DNA of 64,000 nucleotides. Origin: Fimbriosthenelais zetlandica. Lineage: Eukaryota. Below the pieces are notes generated by a model. The model worked only from the letters and a program-made list of their open reading frames with translations, was not told the origin of the DNA and did no database searches. Position 1 is the stretch's first letter. Every line of letters begins with the position of its first letter. Made by a program: the position numbers and the translations under genes. Below, one piece after another: positions 1 through 13,000 of the stretch. Location: assembly GCA_977030845.1 (NCBI GenBank), contig OZ365112.1, positions 24,428,001 to 24,492,000 on the forward strand. The letters run 5' to 3'.

Positions 1-1013
1 AGATACAAACAGTATACATATAGATGACACAGTCAGGGTTCACAGTGTCCCAGTGTTCATCTAATTAAGGTTCTCAGGGTTGAAAGTATGTTCACTTCAG
101 TGTTTGTTCATTTCAGTACTCGTCTATCACAGTACACTGTTATTAAGAGTTCATACTCTTAGGAGTCCATAGTCATGGAATGTGCATTGTTCTCCTTTAT
201 ATTGGCAGTTATTGTTTTAGGGAATTTAACTAGTAGAATATTTTGATAAATTTGGGGTAATAACTAAATGGGAAAATATGGGCCTAAAAAGTTTAGTTAA
301 AAAATTAAAAAACGAGTTGGTACCATGTGCAGTGTACCATACACGCGCAGTCTAAGCGACACTTAGATAATGTGTTAGTAACTGTCCAGAGTCAATAAGT
401 TCTTGCACTCACATGACATTCACACATGAAATCATATGTGTATCAACAAAAATGTCACTGATATGAAGGATAATGTCACTAGGGGGCATTTGGTTTGCAT
501 TGAGCAATTAACCACATAATGTTCACATTTTAAGTTTTTTTTGAGTAAATTTGGACTGGAATCAAGTCCGAGATATATCTGAGATATATCCACATTGTCT
601 TTGAGATTATCAATTTAGTCTCAAGCATCTCAAGTATTTTAGTCTTATTTTTTTTAGCCCCCTTGAAAAATAAGCTTTGTCCATGTAATGGCTATTTTTC
701 TGTCCATTTTAAAGTTCATTTTTTCTTATCACATAGTGATATTCACACAAGTTTCTCTGAAACACTCTTAAATTATAATTGTTAAACAAAATAAAAGTGC
801 CACCATTCATACAGAGGTCCGAAACAGATGTCAAATCTTCATTTGGAAACCACCATTTGCTCAAGAGAAGAGCGAGTGGTTCATAGCAACAGAGCACAGG
901 TCCAAGGAATGTCTGAACCATGCTGATTAATTTTGTTTTTTTTCAATATGTATGAATGGGCCGGCAGACATAACCAACAGTGAAAATAATGGTGAAGCAA
1001 AGCTATTACTTAC

Positions 1014-1055
1014 AGTCCAAGCGTTCTACTCGGAGGAACGGTATGTTGACACCAT
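1014..1055 (-). CDS. DLG5: DLG5 exon, 42 nt, (D)GVNIPFLRVERLD, entry to GuK (missed by the ORF track)
   Basis: Acceptor ATCATTTCAG, donor ACT|GTAAGT, phase 1-1. Corresponds to the YQRV(Q/E).(V/L)D motif preceding the MAGUK GuK domain. Confidence 0.88.
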
Positions 1056-4000
1056 CTGAAATGATTAAGGGAAGGAACTGCGTTATAATTCTGATAAAAT
1101 CTATAAAGGTTCCAATTTCCAAACCTGTCTTACCCTAGATACTTTGCAAAGGCCTCAATTGGGAGCTGAATAAACATTTAACAATGAATTAAATGCACAC
1201 AGCCTCTTGGTGGACTTTGATTCAGTTATGGTGACATTTAAGGGGGCACAAGACATACTAGTCTAAACTATTCTAAAATTTACAAACCAAAAATCAATCC
1301 TGCAACAAAATAAGTTATAAAGGAAATTATATAACAAAGCTCATAAACTCAAATGAGCTAAAATGGCAAATCAAATAATGCATAAATCATATAAATATCC
1401 GGCGTAAATTTGCATAGCTTCTGATGCTAAAAACCAAATAGAAAAGCCAAATAAATAAGAAATAGCCAAATAAATGAGAAAAGCAAAATGAAGACAAAAG
1501 GGAGCCTACTCACCATCGAGGTAGGGGATGGAATCACTGTTGATGGAGGCATCAGAGAATGAGTTGAGCTCACGGCTGTCTTTGGAGTTATTTCGTGTGT
1601 GTTTCTTCCGCCTGAAGAAACTTCGCCGTGCTGAGGCCGAGCCCCGCCGCGACCCCTTCAGCTCATCATCGTGTAGTATGTCAGACATGGATCTCTTCTG
1701 AGCCAACTCGTCCTCCATCCTGAAAAACAGTCAAAGTTCAGGAATTATACAAACTGAAATAACTATTTTATCAGTGAGAACGTTCAGAGGGTTAATACAA
1801 TTAAGAAGGAACCTAGTTCAAATACAAGCCAGCAGAGAACTGAGTAGATCTAGCATAATGGACACCAACCTTGATTTGCTGGGAATGGTGCCCCATCTTA
1901 ACTTGTTGCCCTCGTCATCAACCAGCCAGGCCCTCCAGACCCCTGACATGCCCTTATACAGAGTGTTGTCCACAAAGAGGATGTCATCCTTCTTAAAGTG
2001 AAGTTCTCCATCCAGCTCCCCTTCATGGTCGCACAAAGCTCGTGCATAAATGGCATCTCCAGGCTGGTCCTGGATGCTGTTATATTCTGTGAACAAAAAG
2101 GCACAATTTAAACATTTTTGCTGGAGAGATATTAGATCCAAACTCTTAAAATTAATGAAGTCTGTCCAATACTGAGTAGGATGTGCACCAAAGATACAAT
2201 TTTAGTTAAATGGTAAGTATACTTACTGGCTATGTTGTATTGGGCGAGGATGGCAACACTCTCGGTGGGTTTAGATATCTCTAATTCAGCCTGCTCGGCC
2301 GTGGCATTCCTCAGATTGACACCATTAAACTCGAGGATCTGATCACCACACCTTAGACCATCTGGTCCACTCGCACTGCTGTTTGGTGCAACGTTATGGA
2401 CAAAGATGCCCACAGCATTGCCTCCCACCAGGCGAATGCCCAACGGCTCTTGTGGCGATTTTCTCTTGAGGAAAACAAATCGTGGCTCACATGGTAGGAA
2501 GTTACCATCGGATGTCACAGGCTTTACGCTGCAAATGAACAATGAGGACCATTAAATAAAATAAAATAAAATATTATTCTGTAACAATTTAATATCAAGG
2601 TAATTTCTCACCAACTCATGACACAAAACATTTCACATGGATGTAGAAGTATAAAATTAAAAAAATACATTCAATAACAAGGATTCAAAAGGAAACATTT
2701 CCAGGATGAAAAATAAGCAAATGGGCATCAATAGCACAATACATAAGTAGGATATATTTCAAAATTAGATTCCACAGAATCGATGATGACCAACATGGAA
2801 ATAAACATGAGGTAAAAAAGGTGATAATGGAAAAATGAATCAAAGGTGAAATAATGGTTGGAATTCTTTGGTAGTACTGCCGTGCTATCGAAATGATTTG
2901 CCAGTGTAGGTCAGGGAACTAGTTTGATAGACCTAGATTATCTCATAAGTGTGGGTAAAGCAAGTGTTCCTCTGAATCAGTCAAAAATATAGATTTCTGA
3001 CATGTGAAATAAGACGTAATCTATAGGTGACCAACCTTTTACAAAGCAGAAAAGCCTAATATATATTTAATAGCAGATAGCAAGGGTAGAATCTACAGGG
3101 AATTTCATTATATATAGTGTTCCATCAACCCGCCTAATCCCGGTGGCAAAGCTTGATAGACATAGTACAAATCTTCGATGGCAGACGGCAGCACCAGATA
3201 CCACTTAACAACATCCAAGCGGGGGACAGGGGCAAAGGCTTCCACCGAAAAATGACACAAGAAACTAAAGCATTCTAAAGACACGGTGACAGATGTACTT
3301 GGACCACTTGAGAGTTCTGTATCTTTGTGTGTACTTACAAATCGTTGAGGCTCGAGTAACTGTGAGATACAGAAGACAGTGTCAGTCCCTGTACTCTTCA
3401 AGGTCTTCATGGGGGTCATTTATGTCTATTGAATCATCCAAAGACCACCCTCCCATAGGTGCCCACTTTCCATAATGAATATCATTACAGACTAACTGCA
3501 CTTTGAGGCAGTTTGAATGTGTATAGTGTCAATATTGAAGCGTATCTTACCTGTGGCTTGGACTCATCGATTGAGGAGTAAGAGACTGGGGAGTAATGGT
3601 AGATACATCACTTCCAACCCGCATGGAGCCCTGGCGGGTACGACTAGTTTGTGGAGTATTGTTAGCAGAACTGTCAGGAGAGGAGGGTTCATCTGATGAC
3701 TCCTCTTCCTTATATTCTGAAGTAGGGAAAACAGGGGGAAGGTGTTAAAATGTGCAACGACAATGATCCTAGAGAAGTGACAAACCTACCAGACTATGAG
3801 ATTGGACTAAACTATGATGAAATGAAGGAATATACAAAGTGTCACAAACACAGACAGAGCAGAGGAAATGTGGAGATCTAAAACTAATGGATAAACAATG
3901 CATCAAAGCCCAAAGCCTGCCCCTCATATGAGCCTAGCTTGTCTTTCATTAACATTGATCCAGTATTAAGGCAAATACTCAAAGGCAACCTTAACTGCAG

Positions 4001-7000
4001 ACCTTTTAAAAATCTTCCTTTTTTGAAATATTCGCAGTTAATTTAAACTTTCTTGAATTTCGATTTCCTTGTCATCCTTGATATCTATCTTCTATAAATC
4101 TTCTTGATTTTTCTTCAAATGCTTCCTTCTTCAGTTTCTCTCGTCTTTCTTCTTTAACTTCTTTCTTCAGTTTCTTCATTCATCTACTTCTTTCTTCGTT
4201 AACTTGTTACTTCTTCAACTTCTTTCTTCAGTAAAATTGATCTTCTCTCTGTACATTTTTGCAGTAACTTCTTTCTTCTAATTCTTACTTCTTTCTTCAA
4301 TTTCCTTCTTCTTTAACTTCTTTCTTCAGTAACTTCTATCTTCTCTCTTCAACTTCTTTCTTCATTAACTTCTTTCTTCAGTAACTTCTTTCTTCATTAT
4401 CTTCTTTCTTCAGTATCTTCTTTCTTCAGTATCTTCTTTCTTCATTAACTTCTATCTTCTCTCTTCAGTATCTTCTCTCTTCAGTAACTTCTTTCTTCAT
4501 TATCTTCTTTCTTCATTATCTTCTTTCTTCAGTATCTTCTTTCTTCAGTAACTTCTATCTTCAGTAACTTCTCTTCAGTATCTTCTCTCTTCAGTATCTT
4601 CTTTCTTCATTAACTTCTATCTTCTCTCTTCAGTATCTTCTCTCTTCAGTATCTTCTTTCTTCAGTAACTTCTATCTTCAGTAACTTCTTTCTTCAGTAA
4701 CTTCTTTCTTCAGTACCTTCTTTCTTCAGTATCTTCTTTCTTCAATAACTTCTTTCTTCAGTAACTTCTCTCTTCAGTAACTTCTCTCTTCAGTATCTTC
4801 TCTCTTTAGTATCTTCTTTCTTCATTAACTTCTATCTTCTCTCTTCAGTACCTTCTCTCTTCAGTATCTTCTTTCTTTCTTCAGTATCTTCTTTCTTCAT
4901 TAACTTCTATCTTCTTTCTTCAGTAACTTCTTTCTTCAGTAACTTCTCTTCAGTATCTTCTCTCTTCGGTATCTTCTTTCTTCAGTATCTTCTTTCTTCA
5001 GTAACTTCTTTCTTCATTATCTTCTTTCTTTCTTCAGTATCTTCTTTCTTCAGTAACTTCTTTCTTCAGTAACTTCTCTTCAGTATCTTCTCTCTTCGGT
5101 ATCTTCTTTCTTCAGTAACTTCTTTCTTCAGTAACTTCTCTCGTCAGTATCTTCTTTCTTCATTAACTTCTATCTTCAGTATCTTCTCTCTTCAGTAACT
5201 TCTTTCTTCAGTACCTTCTTTCTTCAGTAACTTCTTTCGTCAACTTCTATCTTCTGAGTTGACGCACTCATGCAAAATATTCTTTGAAAGCCTCTGCCTA
5301 AAACCTTTATCCAACTGTCACTTCCTGCCTATATCATGTTCAAAGCATCATGCCTAATAATATATCCCAGCCCATGGAGCTGACAAAACGCACTATAAAA
5401 TATAACCTAAGTGCACACTGGAATAATGAATTCAAAAATTATATTCAAAAACAGAAAAAATGTCAAATCAAGAGAAAAACTAGAACTAATAAGTATATAG
5501 TGGGATAACTCACTTTCTGGGTTGTACTGAACCAACATGGTTATACTGTCTCGACATTGTCGAAGAACACTAGCTGCAAGTTTGTATGGTGCAGTCCGCA
5601 TGTTAATGCCACAGACCTGCAGGGGAACAAGGGATCACAATTCCATTAAACATGTCAATTAAACTACATATCATTTCAAATACATGTAGTGGACAAATTA
5701 TTCAATTGGAAGGAACGAAGGGATCATACAACCTGGGATAATAAAACAGGACAAATTCTTCAGCTTTTTCCCCATTGCTGGCACATATATTCCTAATGTG
5801 CCGTGTGAAGTTTTGTTTTTGAAAAAGAATATTAAAGATGAGGTAAATTAAGGCATTACAATTATAGCGAGCAACTCACCTCTAACAGTTGGTCGCCCAC
5901 CTCAATGCCTGCATTAGCAGCAAGGCTGTTCTCACTCACAGAGGAGACAAAGATTCCACCAGTGCTGCTAGGATCAATCTGGATGCCTAGAGGACCCTGG
6001 CTCTTCTCCACGTGAATGTACCTCGTCTCCCCTACACGGGGCCTAAACATTAAACACTACACTTGAGAAAGATGTCCACCATAGAAAACTATCACAAATA
6101 TTGAGGATGTTGGAGGGATGAGGGCAGGAGTGAATAGCAAATTGGGGCCATTCTCTAATTCCCTGATATCTATTTCTGAAAAGGTTTGGATATGAATTTC
6201 TCAGGATAGGACTAGTTGCACAAATATGGAGAACCAGTGGGCAAAACAAATGCAAGCACAAAATCAAAAGTATTAATCACAATTCAAAGAACATGATACA
6301 TGAAATGAGTTGAGATAATGCTCACATTTTGTGACGCATAGTAGCTGGTAAGGAGTTGCTTTGATTGGGCATGAAGGGTGGAATAGGACTTCCTCTGTCC
6401 GAACCTGAAGGGCAAACATGGTATTTAGTACAAGAGAAACTACCACAGAAATCACAATCACAAAGAGCTTACAAAGCTTGCCAGTTCATGAGAGAGTTTT
6501 CTTCAAGCGAGGGAGCTAAGCCTTTTTTCCAGAAAGTTTACCATTTAAGGGATTCACCTTTCTCAATAGAAGACTTAGATGACATGAGGGAATGGATTGT
6601 GCTAGAGTGGTTTCGTTCACCTTGGTAGTGGAGTTGACGGACGTTTGGCAGTGTGGAGCATCTGTCTGACGAGCGCTCGTGAGATGCAGGTCGGGAATTC
6701 CAGGGTAGAACATTCCTCTGATATGTAGGGAAGTCGTCACTTAATGTCTGAGATGATTGGTTAAAAGAACTGCTCTGTAAAGCAAAAAAACGACCAAGAT
6801 TTAATATGGAGAATGGCATTAAAATGAAACATGTTGAGTTTAGAATTTCAACCATCTAAAGACAAATATTCAAATTAAAAATTTCAAATATGGACATTTT
6901 CTATGGACTAATGACACTTTGTATAATCAAGATATAATTTATATTAACTACCTGTTGAGAGGGACTAGGAGATGGAGTGTTGAGTCGGTCATCTAGCATT

Positions 7001-10000
7001 CTGTAGCCACCTCGATCAGTGTCACTCATGTCCAATATGTCATTACCAGATCGTGAGACGTGCCCATTGACCGCCGTGTAGCGCGGTGACATGGGCTGTG
7101 GTAACATATTGGAGAATGCCGGCGAGGGTAGAGACGTGGGCTGACTGCTCGGACTTGACCTGTGTGGGAGGGGCTGGAAGGCTTGTTGTGGTGACCTCAT
7201 GGTGTGACTGATGACAGGGGTTCTGCCACGGTAAAGGGAAAAACTTCCATCAACACTCCGATGGCCAATAGACCTAAGGGAGCACACACCAAGGGTTAGT
7301 TCCTCATGCAGTTAGCAGGGGTAAAAAACATCTACACAAATGATTAGTCAAAATGGAAACTAAAATGAAACTAAAATCTCAAAACTCAAAACGATGAATG
7401 TAATAATGATATATAACAAAATAATATAAAGTTAAATTAAAATACTTCAATAGTTGTCATACATGTATAAAGTAGTTGAATGTAGGGAAAACATAAAATC
7501 ATATATATTCATAATAAAAAGAACATAAAAGGAAATAAACTTAAAATAATTGCACAATCACTGAATCATATACTGAATCACGATAGTTTTTAGAATATAA
7601 ATTCAGAATACCAAGAAAAGTCAGTAAAATCAGGTGTAGGAAAGGTAACATAAATTGGAGACTTACCCTGAGCTGTTGGTGGGTTTGACTGTGGGCGGTG
7701 AACTGAAGCCACTGCGGGGCACTATTCCTTGACTGGGTACAATGTTTTGACCGCCTGAAGTAGGCAGGGGTCGGGGGGAATACATGGGCTGGACAGCCAG
7801 CGTGGTTGGCTTCTGTGGTAGAGAGGTATGAACCATATTGGCATGTTCCATCCTTTCCTTCCTACCTCGGGATGGTGCCGAGGTAGGTCGGTGCCGATGT
7901 CTGCGGATATAGTCCAACTGGTCTTTGGGGTTGAGTTTATTGGACACTACTGTAGTGTCCATAGTCTGAGAGTAAGATGGGGCGGACACAGAGGATACGG
8001 GGGTAGAAGTATGGGGGAAGTGTATACCTGAGTGTAGAACTGTTTGTTTGAGTGGATCACGTTCATGGCTCAAACCCGAGTCACCAATCACCCCAGCTGA
8101 TGAGGACTTCAGCTCTAGGGACTGAGAGACTGGAATCCGGTGAACTGGACTCATGGATGAATGACTGAGACCAGTATGGACGACCACAGCATGGCCTGTG
8201 GACTGTTTGGATGGACTAGCTGATATATATGGACTTGCCTTGTTAGCCACATTGACATGGTTATGCTTAGAGTGGTTGTACTTGACGAGAGAGTCAGAGT
8301 TTTGCGGGCTGTGTTTGATTGAAGCACCACGGTTAAAAGAGTCGCTCCGTTCTGGCGGAGTAGGAGGGACTTTACCACTGATACCATTAGCTGAGGGAGA
8401 CGTGGGTGAACAAATCATCCCAGCTGATACAAACTGGTTCTCATTGACTAAGGGAGCCAGAGGTGGGCGCTCCTTCTTGCCAATAGTGGAGGTGTAGCCT
8501 GACGGTCCATTGATCATGGGGTAATCATAGGGCGGTCTACATTTAGGCCAGGTTCCACCGTTCTCTATCTCCTTCTCACGCCGTGACTTTTTGCTCATGT
8601 TTGTCATGAGTGGAGTCTTACTCTGTTGTTGTTTAATGATGGCCTGTATTTCCTCCACCACATCCTGCGCCTCCTCATCAGTAGATGGTGGAGGGGGTTG
8701 ACTGGAGGAGGAGGAGGTAGTCATTGGTACCAGTGGATGTTTCTGGTTCATAGTTCTCACATCCAGGTCCAGGTGGTCAGTTCTACCACTACCTGTATAC
8801 ATGCCATCAAAGACTTTGGTATAACCATGGTCCATTAATATAGTGCTGTGTGATTTAACACCAGCATCTACATCACTGTTCTCGGATCTACTCCGGCTAC
8901 CAACCCCCTGCGGGCTGTCCAGACTGTCTGTTTGGGAACCACTAGATTTGATATTAGAAGAAGCCTTGCTGGTGTCTGGGGAAGTGGTCACCCACAACTG
9001 GTTTCTGGGAGACTTTGGACTGGTGGAAGGGGCCTCGGGGGAAGACTCGGTCAAGATCTGACCAGAGGAGGCCGAGGATGACACAAGGGACGGCAGCGGG
9101 GTGGGCGTGTACTTGAGTACACTGAACACAATGTGGTCTCCTCCTTCTTCAACCAGGCGCAGCACCTCTCCTACACTCAGGTTCTCAACACTTTGACCGT
9201 TTACCTGAAAACAATATAAACCCATGATAAAATCTCTAACAACAGATATAATGTTAAAGCAAAATAGATGGGTATTCAATATTTCAGCAAATTACACCTA
9301 GATTGATATATGAAATACTTACATTTAATATTCGGTCTCCAACAGCAAGATTACCTTCTTTGGCTGCCACAGAACCAGGCAGAATACGACTTATGTACAG
9401 ACCACTCTCTATACTGATGCCCAGTTCTGAAAATGAAGGTTGGGAATGAAATTCCACAATACTTGACAACAACTATTTGACTACTGGAATTTCACTTTCT
9501 ATCTAAATAAAATACTAAATCTTGCCATGTATACTTTGGAATCATATACAGGGAAGTAATGTGTATAAACTGTATCAGCTTCGCCTCACCTCTTTTTATC
9601 AAAATCCCAATTTAATTAAATCAAAAGCAATAATCAAAGGAAAGCAAATCAAAAGCAAAAATCACACTTGAAGCAATCTATTTAGGAAGAAACTGTGTAG
9701 GAATTGAAAATTATTCCAAGACATAATTCAACTTACATTAGTAGGTTCTATTAAGTTGACAATATTTCTTTGGAAAATCAAGATAAAATAAATGTAATAA
9801 AATAAATGTAATGAGGGCTAGTAATGATATTGAATTTACCTCTGGAGCCAGTGAGGTGAAGATGCACGGGTTGGATGGGCCGTGTGGTGGAGGACTTTCT
9901 CCGTCTAACCACCATGTTGATCACACTGCCTCCACTCTTGGCCGCCTGGAGCGCCATTGTCTTAGCCACGTTGGTCACATCCACATTATTAATTCTGATC

Positions 10001-13000
10001 AACTGGTCATTCATCCTGCACAAACAAGAGATTAACATTTCAAACCTTTCTTCTTGCTACAAAAATGGATAAATTTCTAGATGGCTGAGATAGTCGAGAC
10101 TTTGAAAGAATTTGCAGGGATTACTCACTTAAGCTTGCCATGGGCTGTACCATTCTTGTTGATATTGCTGATGAAAATGGAGTTGTCATTCGGATATTGA
10201 GGATCATCCTTCCCTCCGACTAAATCAAATCCAAGATCATCCTTAGTTACAGGACCCTGGAGAAGGATTAACAGATAATAAAGTTAATAGGGATTTAACT
10301 ATACAACTAAATACACCAGGGCTCCATGCATAACACTAGCAAACAATTACACACAAATATATGGTACAAAATCTACTATTTTCAATGGTTCATTCTTACA
10401 AATTCCTCTTACTTTTGGATACCAAATATATGAAATGTTATCATACAGATTAAGTATGATAAATTTCACTTGCGCTAATAATTTAACTTTGAGCTTGCAT
10501 GAGAAGAACTAATACATCTAATAAATCTTCATCCTATCTGGCACAAATATCAATACAATGTCTCTGTCACTACCCCACTACACAATAATCTCCTGCTAGT
10601 TTAAATGACATGATGAAGACCCAGACATTGACCCTTGAAGCTGGGGGTCAAACCAATCAAGTATAACACTACCTACAGAGAGTCTAATCAATCATGAATG
10701 AGACCAGGCCGCCTGAGTGGCGCTGTATGGTGGTAAACCCCGGCCTGCCAGCTCCCAGGTGGGGATACATTCATTGATTAGACCTTAACAATGAACACAA
10801 AATGCATCACTAGTCAATGTTACATCCCCGCCTATTGCCTCACACCTGGGCCATCCATGAGAGAAACCCATACCCAGACATGCTGCTGTCAATGAGACCA
10901 AACCAGACTTACCAAACTTACCATGTTTTAACACTGACCTTCCAACTATGTTCACAAAGCAAGTTTCTTTCCGAAAGTTTGTTACAAGGACAATCAGAAG
11001 TTGCATTTTCAATGCAGTTTTGAGGAAAAACGGATTTTTAGCAGAATTATATTCCAATGCATATTAAAAATACAAAACTTGGACTCACCAGGTCTAGTTC
11101 CAGTGTCTCAGTCTCCCATTCCTGCAGGTCAGCATCAATGGCCGAGTCACGGCTATGGTTGTGACCTACAGAATTGAGCTGATTCTTCCTGGCTTCTTTC
11201 TCTACCATCGTCTCATACTTCTCCTTTGTCTCTTTCAGTTCCTTCATGGCCTCGTTCTTCTGTTTTTTCAGTTCGTCCAGGTCCCTGAGGGCCTGGGCCT
11301 GCTCGGACACGGCTCTGTCCCGCTCTCTCCTCAACTCGTCACATAGGGTTTTAATGCTCTCCCTCTCCAGGACAATCTTGTCACGCTCGCTGAAAGCCCA
11401 GTCTCGGTTTCTCTTGGATGTTTCAGCTTCAGCAAGGGCATCTATAAACCAGCCATTAAAAGAACGTTACTACCTGGGAACTGTAAGACTATATAGAATA
11501 GCTGACTGATCACCAAGATGGGTAGTCCTTACACACCCAGCGCTTACCTGAAACCGACAATCTTACCTAAAACAGAAAATATTATAATCCTTACAGGGCC
11601 AGCGCTTACCTAAAACAGAAAATATAGTAGGCCTTCCAGAGCCAGCGGTTCCCTACAACAGAAAAATTTAACATAGTAGTCCTTACAGGGCCAGCAGTTC
11701 CCTACAACAGAAAAAATATTAGTCCTTAGTGGGCCAGCGCTTACCTAAAACATAAAATATAGTAGTCGTTACAGGGGCTTACCTAAAACATAAAATATTG
11801 TAGTCATTACAGGGGCTTACCTAAAACAGAAAATATTGTAGTCCTTAGAGGGCCAGCGGTTGCCTAAAACAAAAAATATTGTAGTCATTACAGGGCCAGC
11901 GGATACCTGAAACATAAAATATAGTATTCCTTAGCGCTTGCCTAAAAGATAAAACGTAGTAGATCTTACAGCGCCAGCGGTTACCTAAAACAGAAAATGT
12001 AGTAGTCCTTACAGGGCCAGCAGTTACCTAAAACAGAAAAAATAGTAGTCCTTACAGGGCCAGCAGTTACCTAAAACAGAAAAAATAGTAGTCCTTACAG
12101 GGCCAGCAGTTACCTAAAACAGAAAAAATAGTAGTCCTTACAGGGCCAGCAGTTACCTAAAACAGAAAAAATAGTAGTCCTTACAGGGCCAGCAGTTACC
12201 TAAAACAGAAAAAATAGTAGTCCTTACAGGGCCAGCAGTTACCTAAAACAGAAAAAATAGTAGTCCTTACAGGGCCAGCAGTTACCTGAAACAGACAATC
12301 TAATAGTCCTAAATTATAGCTGACAGTTCCCTTTGTCATACTGAAAAAAAGTAAAATTATATATATTAAACGATTTAGACAGTTGTCGCATTCTTCTATC
12401 TTTACGGATCTTCATTCTTCTGCTTGTCTTCATCTTCTCTTCTGTCTTCTCTGTTCCTCTTCTATCTTCTGTCCACTTCATTCTTCTGTCTTCTCGGTTC
12501 CTCTTCTATCTTCTGTCCTCTTAATTCTTCTGTCTTCTTTCTTCTCTGTTCCTCTTCTATCTTCTGTCTACTTCATTCTTCTGTCGTCTTTCTTCCCTGT
12601 TCCTCTCTTCTATCTTCTTCATTCTTCTTTCTTCTTTTTTCTAGGTTCCTCTTCCATCTTCTGTCCTCTTCATTCTTCTGTCTTCTTTCTGCTCGGTTCC
12701 TCTTCTATCTTCTGTCTTCTTTCTTCTCGGTTCCTCTTCTATCTTCTGTCTTCTTCATTCTTCTTTCTTCTCGGTTCCTCTTCTATCTTCTGTCTTCTTC
12801 ATTCTTCTGTCTTCTTTCTTCTCGGTTCCTCTTCTATCTTCTGTCTTCTTTCTTCTCGGTTCCTCTTCTACCTTCTGTCTTCTTCATTCTTCTGTCTTCT
12901 TTCTTCTCGGTTCCTCTTCTATCTTCTGTCTTCTTTTTTCTCGGTTCCTCTTCCATCTTCTGTCCTCTTCATTCTTCTGTCTTCTTTCTTCTCGGTTCCT

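Noticed and set aside
709-921. ORF as the next DLG5 (GuK) exon
   Set aside because: GPVLCCYEPL only loosely resembles the expected RPV..GPL. The nearby acceptors do not give the required phase-1 open frame: TTCAG at 913 hits TGA after 10 codons. The next exon is probably left of position 1.
3108-3264. Possible alternative terminal DLG5 exon (FLCHFSVEAF...EHYI*) truncating before PDZ4
   Set aside because: The phase fits, but the acceptor is weak (short tract interrupted by another AG) and there is no homology.
11522-12297. CRISPR-like appearance of the 43-bp periodic array
   Set aside because: Head-to-tail copies without unique spacers, located in an animal intron, with no cas genes.
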